Shown here: positions 18,749-27,093 of the stretch, one piece after another | How positions within the stretch are numbered: the stretch's first letter is position 1 | How the letters are laid out: each line of letters begins with the position of its first letter | Assembly: GCA_016869215.1 (NCBI GenBank) | Contig: VGEP01000011.1 | Span: 68,629-132,628 of the forward strand | DNA length: 64,000 nt | Origin: Alphaproteobacteria bacterium | GTDB lineage: Bacteria; Pseudomonadota; Alphaproteobacteria; Rhizobiales; Xanthobacteraceae | Reading direction: 5' to 3' | Program-made: the position numbers and the translations under genes | The notes under the pieces: model-generated | What the model saw: the letters and a program-made list of their open reading frames with translations, nothing else | The model's database searches: none | Told to the model about the DNA's origin: nothing

Positions 18749-19681
18749 TTACTGCGCCGCCGTGGCGTGCGCGCGGCGTTGCACGTCCAGGTCCACCAGC
18801 GCGAGCGGCGTTGCGGTTTCCTCCAGCATGCCCCAGCTCTTTAGCCACGCATACGTGCGCTGCATCTCGTCGAGCGGGATCGGCGCGGGATCGACCGCGA
18901 CGATCCGGCTTTCGCGCAGGTCGTCCGGCTTCAGCGCGGCGATCTCGGGGTCCTTCTTGGCGTGATAGTCGATGAAGTAGCGCAGATACGCGCGCTTGTT
19001 GGCGTTGATCCGCCGAACCGCCTCGCGCACCGCGCGGTTGAAGGCGGCGTAGGTCTCGGCGTCGACGCGGTCCGACGCCACCTCGGTGCCGTGATAGAAC
19101 GCCTCGCAGATCAGGCGGCAGCCCTTCTTCTCGGCCAGCGTCACGTAAGGCTCGGTCAAGGTCGTCGCCTCGATCTCGCCCTTCATCATCGAGTCGAAGC
19201 GCGGCCGCGAGCCGTTCGAGGTGCGGCAAAGCTTGATCTGGTCGCGCGGCATGAAGCCTTCGAGCAGATGCAGCGCCAGATAATGCGTGCCGAAATAGAA
19301 CGGCACCCCGACCGTGCGACCTGCCAACTGTTGCGCCGTGTACACGTCCGAATCCAGCCGCACCACGATCGCGGCATAGGTGACGATGCCGCGGCGTCCG
19401 ACCTGCCGGCTGCCGGTGCGCGTCTGCTCGACGCGGCAGTAGTTGCCCCATTCACAAGCGTTGTACATGTCGGCCTTGCCCTGTTCGAGCATCAGGCCGT
19501 GGCTGGAGAACGGATCGAGGCCCTTGGGGCTGGTGACGTCGGTGCGCGTCGACTTGTCGGCGCTGTCGCGCTCGACCCATTCGATGGCGAGGCCTTCCTT
19601 CTCGAACAGCCCTTCCTCGAACGCGACCAGTTCCGGCAGGCCCTGGAACGGCGCGGTGGTTTCCAGCACGAGCTTTTTCAT
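18749..19681 (-). CDS. NMT1/THI5/SsuA-like substrate-binding-fold protein lacking a signal peptide
   Basis: LVAFEEGLFEKEGLAIEWV and LAGRTVGVP..GTHY patterns; in-frame TGA 9 codons upstream excludes a leader. Confidence 0.8.
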   Translation of the reverse strand: MKKLVLETTAPFQGLPELVAFEEGLFEKEGLAIEWVERDSADKSTRTDVTSPKGLDPFSSHGLMLEQGKADMYNACEWGNYCRVEQTRTGSRQVGRRGIVTYAAIVVRLDSDVYTAQQLAGRTVGVPFYFGTHYLALHLLEGFMPRDQIKLCRTSNGSRPRFDSMMKGEIEATTLTEPYVTLAEKKGCRLICEAFYHGTEVASDRVDAETYAAFNRAVREAVRRINANKRAYLRYFIDYHAKKDPEIAALKPDDLRESRIVAVDPAPIPLDEMQRTYAWLKSWGMLEETATPLALVDLDVQRRAHATAAQ

Positions 19682-19827
19682 GGGCGGGCTCCGCGGATTC
19701 TTGATTCAGTCTAGCACGCCGGACCGCTTGGCGCGCCCGCCCGCATTGCATCGCCCGCGCCGCCCGCATACCATTGGCGCCACAGCCAGAAACGACGAAA
19801 GACAATACGCACAAGGAGCGATCCGTC

Positions 19828-20895
19828 ATGGCCTACAACATCCTGCTCATGGGCGCGTCCTACGGGTCGCTGCTTGCATCCAAGCTGCTTTTCGGCGGCC
19901 ATTCCATTCACCTCGTCTGCCTCCCGGCGGAAGCCGACCTGATCAACGCCGAGGGCTTCAAGGTGAAGCTGCCGGTGCGCGGCCGCGCCGAGCCGGTGCT
20001 GCTGGAGTCGCGCAAGCTCCCCGGCAAGGTGACTGCCGGCCCCGCGACCGGCGTCGATCCGTCGAAGTACGACCTCGTCGGCCTTTGCATGCAGGAACCG
20101 CAGTACCGCTCCGACGGCGTGCGGCAGCTGCTCGACGCGGTCGGCAAGTCGCGCGTGCCGTGCATGTCGATCATGAACATGCCGCCGCTGCCCTACATCA
20201 AGCGCATCCCGGGCCTCGATTACGAACCGTTGAAGGCCGCTTACACCGATCCCACCGTATGGGACTCGGTCGACCCGAAGAAGATCACGCTCAACAGCCC
20301 CGATCCGCAGGCGATCCGTCCGCCGGACGGCAAGGCGAACGAATTGCTCGTCACGCTGCCGACCAACTTCAAGTGCGCACGGTTCGACGACGACAAGGAC
20401 ACGCAGATCATCCGCAATCTGGAAAAGGACGTCGAGGCCGCGCGCTTCGACGCGCCGGAGGGCAAGATCGAACTGCCGGTCAAGTTGAAAGCCTACGACT
20501 CGATCTGGGTGCCGCTCGCCAAGTGGTCGATGCTGCTCGCCGGCAACTACCGCTGCGTCACCGAGGACGGCATGCGGACCGCGCAGGAGGCGGTGCACTC
20601 CGATCTCACCACGTCGAAGTCGGTCTACAACTTCGTGTTCGACCTCTGCGTCAAACTCGGCGCCAAGCCCGAAGACCTGGTGCCGTTCGAGAAGTACGCC
20701 GCCGCGGCGCAGTCGCTGGTGCGCCCGGCGTCGGCCGCACGCGCGCTGCAAAACGGCGCACCGAACATCGAGCGCGCCGACAAGCTGGTGCAACTCATCG
20801 CCCGCCAGAAGGGGCTCAGCCATCCGGCGATCGACGCGCAGGTGGCGCTGGTCGACCGGCGCATCGAGGCCAACCGCAAGAAGGCCGCGGCGTAA
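19828..20895 (+). CDS. Hypothetical protein, distant ketopantoate-reductase (PanE/ApbA)-like Rossmann fold
   Basis: RBS AAGGAG; ILLMGASYGSLLA dinucleotide-binding-like start; AKW..L and SAARALQNGAPNIE echo ApbA motifs. Confidence 0.6.
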   Translation: MAYNILLMGASYGSLLASKLLFGGHSIHLVCLPAEADLINAEGFKVKLPVRGRAEPVLLESRKLPGKVTAGPATGVDPSKYDLVGLCMQEPQYRSDGVRQLLDAVGKSRVPCMSIMNMPPLPYIKRIPGLDYEPLKAAYTDPTVWDSVDPKKITLNSPDPQAIRPPDGKANELLVTLPTNFKCARFDDDKDTQIIRNLEKDVEAARFDAPEGKIELPVKLKAYDSIWVPLAKWSMLLAGNYRCVTEDGMRTAQEAVHSDLTTSKSVYNFVFDLCVKLGAKPEDLVPFEKYAAAAQSLVRPASAARALQNGAPNIERADKLVQLIARQKGLSHPAIDAQVALVDRRIEANRKKAAA

Positions 20896-20908
20896 GCTGC
20901 GGCCGGAG

Positions 20909-21250
20909 CTACACCACCGCATCCACCACGATCTCCACCAGCGTGTCGCCTTCGAGTTCGACGGCGAGGCATGCGCGCATCGGCGGGCTCGCGCGGTCCG
21001 CCCATTCGTCCCAGGCGCGGTTCATCTCCGGCTTCCGCTTCATGTCGGCGATGTAGACGATCGCCTTGAGAATGCGGCTCTTGCCGGTGCCCGCCTCCTT
21101 CAACGTCGCATCGATGTGAGCGAGCGCGCTTTTGGTCTGCAGGTACATGTCCGGTTTCTTGTCGGTGACGAACGACACGGCGTGGACGAACCCATCGTGG
21201 ATAACGGCGCGGCTGCGGGTCGGATGCGGGCCGGGCAGGTGCTTGATCAT
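20909..21250 (-). CDS. RidA/YjgF/UK114 family protein (YoaB-like)
   Basis: RSRAVIH, QTKSALAHID, MNRAWDEW, RAC, LVEIVV. Confidence 0.9.
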   Translation of the reverse strand: MIKHLPGPHPTRSRAVIHDGFVHAVSFVTDKKPDMYLQTKSALAHIDATLKEAGTGKSRILKAIVYIADMKRKPEMNRAWDEWADRASPPMRACLAVELEGDTLVEIVVDAVV

Positions 21251-21351
21251 GTGACAATTCCCACATCGGGGTTATGGGGACGGCTATACTAAGGGCGGAA
21301 CTCTGGACGTCGGACTGGGAATTCACGCGACGCGAAGCTCAGGAGACGGAC

Positions 21352-21798
21352 ATGAGCATGGACGCAGCGGCGAAATTCGCCGTGGAGGTTCTCGCCAGCG
21401 AGGCGCTCCAGGCCAAGGTGGCGGCGGCGACGAACGGCAAGCAGGGACGGTCCGTTGCAGAGGCCGTGGCAGCCATCGGCCAGGCCGAGGGCTTCAGCTT
21501 CAGCGCAGACGAGGCGGCCGCGATCGGCCGGCAGGCAAGCCTGCTCCTCAAGCAGCAGTCAGGTGCGGAGTTGAGCGACGCCGAGCTGGCGCAGGTCGCG
21601 GGCGGCGGCCTCCTCGGCGACGTCCAGCAGGGCTTCGTGAGCGCATTTAGCCGGCTCGACAAGCCGGTCGGGGGCATTGCCTCCGCCACACGGGACATCG
21701 GCTTCGCGTTCGTCGGCGCTGCCGGCAATGTTGCCAGCCCCGGACGCGGGATCGTGTCCGCCGCCAACCAGGTCGCGAGCTTCTTCAGCAGCTGGTGA
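21352..21798 (+). CDS. Nif11-like leader peptide RiPP/bacteriocin precursor (85-aa leader + 63-aa core)
   Basis: RBS AGGAG; leader KF...LASEALQAKV...AIGQAEGFSFSADE...ELSDAELAQVAGG double-glycine motif (GG ends at nt 21606). Confidence 0.85.
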   Translation: MSMDAAAKFAVEVLASEALQAKVAAATNGKQGRSVAEAVAAIGQAEGFSFSADEAAAIGRQASLLLKQQSGAELSDAELAQVAGGGLLGDVQQGFVSAFSRLDKPVGGIASATRDIGFAFVGAAGNVASPGRGIVSAANQVASFFSSW

Positions 21799-21931
21799 AC
21801 AGCCGCGCGGCGCAGTGCCGACGCGCAGAAGGCGCCCTTCCAGGTCCGCTGCGCTGCTTTCGTCCCGCGACCCGGCGGATTGCAGACCTGTGCCCGCCGA
21901 TGACATCATGCGCGCAACGGAGGAAGCATCC

Positions 21932-22615
21932 ATGCGCATCGTCGATCTCAGCCGCGAGCTCTATCACCGCACGCCGTCGTATCCCGGCCAGCCGCCGATC
22001 ATCCACGGCGTCTGGAAGACCCACGAGGAGGCGCGGGCGGAGAACAAGGGGGTCCACGGCAACAGCGTGATGTTCTTCTCCATGCCCGACCACGGCGGCA
22101 CACACATCGATGCGCCGCGGCATTTCGGCGAGCGCGGCACGCCGATCGACCAGTATCCGCTGGAGAACTGCATCGTGCCGGGCATCTGTCTCGACCTGCG
22201 CCACATCGCGCCCAAGGCCGAGATTACGCCCGCCGATCTGGAAGAGGCGGTGAAGAAGTGCGGCAGCCCGGTGCCGAAGAAGGGCACGGTGCTTCTTTGC
22301 ACCGGCCATCACGAGCGCACCTTCCCGCGTAAGGAGTACGCGACCGACAATTCCGGCGTGAACGTCGCCGCGACCGAATGGCTCGCCAGGCAGGGCGTCG
22401 TGCACTTCGGCATCGACTCGATGCGGCCCGGCCCCGAGGGCATGGTCAACGTGCTGGTGCACAAGGCGTGCCTCGAGCTCGACATCACGCACATCGAGAG
22501 CCTGTGCAACCTCGAGACGCTGATCGGGCAGGGGCCGTTCGAGTTCATCGGCCTGCCGATGAAGTGGAAGGGTGGCACCGGCTCGCCGATCCGCGCGGTG
22601 GCGGTGTTTCGGTGA
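21932..22615 (+). CDS. Cyclase family / kynurenine formamidase-like metal hydrolase
   Basis: HGGTHIDAPRHF (HxGTHxD), GIDS, ESLCNL, GGTGSPIRAVA. Confidence 0.92.
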   Translation: MRIVDLSRELYHRTPSYPGQPPIIHGVWKTHEEARAENKGVHGNSVMFFSMPDHGGTHIDAPRHFGERGTPIDQYPLENCIVPGICLDLRHIAPKAEITPADLEEAVKKCGSPVPKKGTVLLCTGHHERTFPRKEYATDNSGVNVAATEWLARQGVVHFGIDSMRPGPEGMVNVLVHKACLELDITHIESLCNLETLIGQGPFEFIGLPMKWKGGTGSPIRAVAVFR

Positions 22616-22700
22616 ATGATCGGCGCGAAGCCAGATTCTCCTGCGGTTTCCGTGCGATAAAAAACTTATCCCCGCCCTCCAAAGCGGCCTTATCTTCATT

Positions 22701-23074
22701 GCGTCCCGCTCATCCGAGGGCGTCGTCGCGAGACGTTTCGATGGCGGAGCGGGATGCGGCTCCTGCTGGCGAGGCTCGTAACCTCGTTACCGGGCGGCCC
22801 GGGGCTCCGCCCGGAGGTTAGACTGGAACCTCCTGCCAGGAGCTGGCTGACGGGGCGGCAATGCCCCGCAAAGCGCGGCCCGGGACCGAAAAATGCCGCC
22901 GTGGAGCGCCGGGAGGCGCGCGTGTTCCGATCGCAAGGAACACGCACACGTCTCCCACGAGGCGTGGAACTGAACTTAGGGCGCCGCTCGGCGCTCCACC
23001 CCTCGGGCTTTGCGCCGGGGGAAAGGGAAGACGGGCACCGCGCCGCCCGGTCAAAGTGCGCGGACGAGAGCGCA
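22701..23074. other. Densely structured intergenic element (candidate ncRNA or non-autonomous mobile repeat), family E
   Basis: About ten identifiable stems including two multibranch domains; no credible ORF; no match by eye to tRNA, tmRNA, RNase P, SRP or common riboswitches. Confidence 0.6.
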
Positions 23075-23420
23075 TGGCTGGAAAAAACGCGCGCCGCTCC
23101 CCGACACTTTGTACAGGCGAAATTCGCGAGATTTATCCACACCGGACCGGCCAAAACCCATATCGGGCCTGAAAAATGTGACGTTGATGCAACACCGTGG
23201 GATTCTTCTGCATAAAGGGGTCAAAACGCCTAAAAAGGCAGCAAGTGTCTAGCGTTTCGACTTGTCCCGCGCGCATGCCGCGTGGTCCATTTTGGCCATA
23301 ATAATTCAAGTGGTGTGGGGTCTTTCGGGTGAAGGTTGCAGTCGTGTTCTCGGGTTCGAGGCCGTCCGCGAACGTCAGCCCCAAGTTTCCGCACCGAGCC
23401 ATAACGGGAAGGGGCTGACT

Positions 23421-24380
23421 ATGAAGAAGATCGCTCTCGCGGCGTGCGCCGCGTTTGCCATGACGGTGCCGGCGGTTGCCGCCGACATGCCGACGAAGGC
23501 CAAGCGGATGGCCGCACCGCCGCCGCCGGCCTGGGACATCGCGTTCGGCTCGGCGATCGCCAGCGACTATGTGTTCCGCGGCATCACGCAGTCGAACGGC
23601 CACGCGTCGGCCTCGGCGTATTTCGAGCCGCGCTACAAGATCAATCCGAACCTCGAGCTTTACGCTGGCATCGCGGGCGCGAGCATCAGCTTCCCGAACC
23701 GTCCGTCCGCGGAAGTGGATTTCTACGGCGGCATCCGGCCGACCTTCGGCAAGCTCGCCCTCGACCTCGGCTTTATCTACTACTGGTATCCGGGCGGCGA
23801 GTGCTTCCACGGTACGGCGGCGTTCTGCGCCCGCGGCGTTGCGCTGCCCAACACCAACGTGATCAAGGCGGACACCAGCTTCTGGGAGTTCTACGCCAAG
23901 GCCACCTACGCGATCACCGATGCGTTCTCGGTCGGGGCCGGCGTCGCCTATTCGGATTCGGTGCTGAACTCCGGCGCCGACGGCGTCTACTTCTCCGGCA
24001 ACGCCAAGTACACGTTCCCGGCGTTTGCGAACGGCGTGCAGGCCTACGCCTCGGGTGAAGTCGGCCACTGGTCGATCGGCACCTCCGACTCGTTCTACAG
24101 CATCGCCGGAACGCCCGGTTCGCCCGGCATCAACTACAAGGACTACACCCACTGGAACGTCGGCTTCGGCTGGACCTGGAAGGTGTTCACGGTCGATCTG
24201 CGCTACCACGACACCGACCTGAGCAAGGGCGACTGCAACGCCTTCACCAGCGATCACACAGCGAGCGGCACGACCCACGTTACCGCGATCAACGTGGGCG
24301 GCGTTGGCTCCAACTGGTGCAGCGGCCGTTTCGTCGCCAAGCTCTCGGCCGATCTCACGGTCAACACCAACCTGAAGTAA
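23421..24380 (+). CDS. TorF-family putative outer-membrane porin
   Basis: Signal peptide then ADMPTKA; SDYVFRGITQS, EVDFYGGIRP, LDLGFIYYWYPG, DLRYHDTD. Confidence 0.88.
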   Translation: MKKIALAACAAFAMTVPAVAADMPTKAKRMAAPPPPAWDIAFGSAIASDYVFRGITQSNGHASASAYFEPRYKINPNLELYAGIAGASISFPNRPSAEVDFYGGIRPTFGKLALDLGFIYYWYPGGECFHGTAAFCARGVALPNTNVIKADTSFWEFYAKATYAITDAFSVGAGVAYSDSVLNSGADGVYFSGNAKYTFPAFANGVQAYASGEVGHWSIGTSDSFYSIAGTPGSPGINYKDYTHWNVGFGWTWKVFTVDLRYHDTDLSKGDCNAFTSDHTASGTTHVTAINVGGVGSNWCSGRFVAKLSADLTVNTNLK

Positions 24381-24403
24381 GCGATACGTCAGCTTCTCCT
24401 CAG

Positions 24404-24440
24404 CGGGCGGCGGCAGCGATGCCGCCGCCCGTTTGTCGTT
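24404..24440 (+). terminator. Intrinsic terminator after porin
   Basis: 12-bp stem CGGGCGGCGGCA/TGCCGCCGCCCG, GCGA loop, followed by TTTGTCGTT. Confidence 0.7.
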
Positions 24441-24495
24441 GCGGCCGGCGCGGCGCCGGGGCTGGCTGGCCTGACCGTTGCATGACCCTGCCGTC

Positions 24496-24978
24496 ATGAA
24501 TTCGAATCCATGGTTCATTGCCACCGCGGGTGCGGCCGGAGCCGCGGTCGCAATTGCGGGGATGGAGGCGCTTTCGGCCAGCGCCGGGTTTCCGCTGATG
24601 GCGATCCCGTTCGCCACCTCCATCGTGCTGGTGCTGGGCTCGCCGCAGGTCGAGCCGGCGCAGCCGCGCGCGCTGATCGGCGGGCACCTGGTGTCGACGG
24701 CGGTCGGCCTTGCCGTGGTCGCGCTGCTGGGGCCCGGTCCGTGGGCCGCTGCGATTGCCGTCGGGCTCGCAATGCTGGCGATGAACGTCACCGGAACCTT
24801 TCATCCGCCGGCCGGGATCGATCCGCTGGTGGTGGCCGTCCACGGCATGCCCTGGAGCTTCCTGCTGGTCCCGGTTGCAGCCGGCGCGGTGCTGCTCGCG
24901 CTGTTCGCCTTCGCCTGGCACAACCTGTTCCGGCGCAGGGCCGGGGCCGGCCCGGCTTGGCCGGCGCGCTGGTGGTGA
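24496..24978 (+). CDS. HPP family membrane protein
   Basis: PFATSIVL, SPQVEPAQPRALIGGH, TFHPPAG motif. Confidence 0.9.
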   Translation: MNSNPWFIATAGAAGAAVAIAGMEALSASAGFPLMAIPFATSIVLVLGSPQVEPAQPRALIGGHLVSTAVGLAVVALLGPGPWAAAIAVGLAMLAMNVTGTFHPPAGIDPLVVAVHGMPWSFLLVPVAAGAVLLALFAFAWHNLFRRRAGAGPAWPARWW

Positions 24979-25230
24979 AGGCGGAGCCTTGCCCCACCAA
25001 CAGGGGGCTTTCGCCCACGCGTGCGCCCTGCGGGGCTCCGTCACGTCTGTTTCAAGGCGGTATCGGTCTGAATCGACCTTTGGATAGCCCTTGCAGGCTT
25101 GTGCAACCGGCCTAAGGCGGTAAAACTACCCCCAAGCGCCGGTGGAATACCAGACCATCGGGGGACGTTAGTGCATGCAACGGCAAACGAAATTGCCGTC
25201 TAAATTTCGACCCAGGGAGGACATGGACTC

Positions 25231-26361
25231 ATGACCAAGACAACCGACACTGCCAAGACCACGAGCCGCCGGAAATTCCTGGCCGGCGCTGCAATGGCCG
25301 GCGCCGCCACCGTCGCGATGCCGCAGATTTCGCGCGCGCAGACCACCACGCTGAAGTTGCAGACGTCGTGGCCGGCGAGCGACATCTTCACCGAGATGGC
25401 GCAGCAATACGTCGACCGCGTCAACAACGTGGCCGGCGGGCGTCTGAAGATCGACCTGCTGCACGCGGGTGCGGTCGTTCATCCCTTCCAGGTGCTCGAC
25501 GGCGTGCACGGCGGCCAGATCGACATGGCCCACACCGTGACGGTGTATTGGTACGGCAAGCATCGCGCGGCGTCGCTGTTCGGCACCGGCCCGGTGTTCG
25601 GCTTCAATGCCAACGAAGGCCTCGGCTGGATTCACAACGGCGGCGGCAAGGAGCTGTTCGACGAGCTCCAGACCAAGATCATGAAGCTCAACGTCAAGAG
25701 CTTCTTCTCCATGCCGATGCCGACCCAGCCGCTGGGCTGGTTCAAGAAGCCGGTCGGCAGCGCCAACGACCTCAAGGGTCTCAAGTACCGCACCGTCGGT
25801 CTCGCGGCGAACCTGTTCCAGGCGCTAGGTGCCTCGGTGGCGCAGCTTCCGGGCGGCGAAATCGTGCCGGCCATGCAGCGCGGCGTGATCGACGCGTTCG
25901 AGTTCAACAACCCGACCTCGGACAAGCGCTTCGGCGCGCAGGACGTCGCCAAGAACTACATGATGGGCAGCCACCATCAGGCGACGGAATACTTCGAGAT
26001 CATGGTCAACCGGACCAAGTTCAACGCGATGCCGAAAGAGCAGCAATTGATGCTCGAATACGCCTCGGAAGCGGCGTCGTCCGCCAGCGAGTGGAGGGCC
26101 TACGACCAGTACTCGAAGGACCTCCAGGAGCTGATCTCGAAGGACAAGGTCAACGTGATTCGCACCCCGCAGAGCATCTTCGATGCCCAGATCAAGGCCT
26201 GGGACGGCCTGATCAAGGACCTCGAAAAGGATCCGTTCATGAAGCGGGTCATGGACTCGCAGAAGGCCTGGGTGCGCCGCGTGGTGTACTACAACCTGCT
26301 GAACGCCACCGACTACAAGGGCGCGTTCAACCACCACTTCCCGGGCGTTCTGAAGATGTAG
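25231..26361 (+). CDS. dctP: TRAP substrate-binding protein DctP (TakP-like, Tat signal)
   Basis: SRRKFL Tat motif; LQTSWP, QPLGWFKK, GLKYRT, LPGGEIVPAMQRGVIDAFEF. Confidence 0.92.
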   Translation: MTKTTDTAKTTSRRKFLAGAAMAGAATVAMPQISRAQTTTLKLQTSWPASDIFTEMAQQYVDRVNNVAGGRLKIDLLHAGAVVHPFQVLDGVHGGQIDMAHTVTVYWYGKHRAASLFGTGPVFGFNANEGLGWIHNGGGKELFDELQTKIMKLNVKSFFSMPMPTQPLGWFKKPVGSANDLKGLKYRTVGLAANLFQALGASVAQLPGGEIVPAMQRGVIDAFEFNNPTSDKRFGAQDVAKNYMMGSHHQATEYFEIMVNRTKFNAMPKEQQLMLEYASEAASSASEWRAYDQYSKDLQELISKDKVNVIRTPQSIFDAQIKAWDGLIKDLEKDPFMKRVMDSQKAWVRRVVYYNLLNATDYKGAFNHHFPGVLKM

Positions 26362-26393
26362 TCGCGGGCGGTTTCGACCTGCAATTTCGGGAC

Positions 26394-26416
26394 GGGCGGC
26401 GCCGGTGGCGCCGCCC
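26394..26416. terminator. GC-rich hairpin between dctP and dctQ (mRNA stabiliser/partial terminator)
   Basis: GGGCGGCGCC-GGT-GGCGCCGCCC perfect 10-bp stem; no U tract. Confidence 0.45.
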
Positions 26417-26482
26417 AACCCTTACGGCGAATGGGGAGGGGGCGGTCGTCGCATCGGTATGACGGCGCCGGGTCGGTCTTGA

Positions 26483-27091
26483 ATGAATAGAATACTTTTC
26501 AGCATTGATTTGCTCAGCATGTGGGTCGGCAAGGCATTCGGCTGGCTGATCCTCGTCCTGACTCTCGGCACAAGCTACGAAGTGTTGGTGCGCTACGCGT
26601 TGCGTGCGCCGACCACCTGGGCTTTCGACTTCAGCTACATCACCTACGGCGGCCTGTTCCTGATGGCGGGAGCCTACACCCTGTCGCGCAACGGCCACGT
26701 GCGGGGCGACGTGATCTACCGGCTCTGGCCGCAGCGGATGCAGGCCACGATCGACCTCACGCTGTACATCATCTTCTTTTTCCCCGCGGTGCTGGCCTGG
26801 ATCTACGCCGGCTGGCAGTTCGCGAAAATGTCGATCCAGTTCCAGGAAGTCAGCATCTTCAGCCCAGCCGGCGTGCCGGTGTTTCCGCTCAAGACTTTGA
26901 TCCCGGTCACCGGCGTCATGCTGCTGATCCAGGGCTTTGCCGAAGTGGCGCGTTGCGTCATCTGCATCCGCCAGGGCTACTGGCCGCAGCGGCTGCACGA
27001 CGTCGAAGAGATGGAAACCGCGATCCTGCACGAGAAGGAATTCCAGCGCGAGCACCCCGAGGTCGCTCAATCCGGCGCGAAGGGAGCCTGA
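26483..27091 (+). CDS. dctQ: TRAP small permease DctQ
   Basis: YEVLVRYALRAPTTWAFD, GHVRGDVIY; four TM segments. Confidence 0.9.
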   Translation: MNRILFSIDLLSMWVGKAFGWLILVLTLGTSYEVLVRYALRAPTTWAFDFSYITYGGLFLMAGAYTLSRNGHVRGDVIYRLWPQRMQATIDLTLYIIFFFPAVLAWIYAGWQFAKMSIQFQEVSIFSPAGVPVFPLKTLIPVTGVMLLIQGFAEVARCVICIRQGYWPQRLHDVEEMETAILHEKEFQREHPEVAQSGAKGA

Positions 27092-27093
27092 AC

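Noticed and set aside
22701-23074. Cobalamin riboswitch, RNase P, SRP, tmRNA or 6S identity for the structured element
   Set aside because: GCCAGGAG and GGGAAG occur, but the B12-box order and GCCCCCGCAACTGT are absent. No GAGGAAAGUCC, SRP GGAA loop context or tRNA-like ends were found.
25215-25230. GGGAGG-AC-ATG at 25223 as dctP start
   Set aside because: Out of frame and too close to the RBS; ATG 25231 fits.
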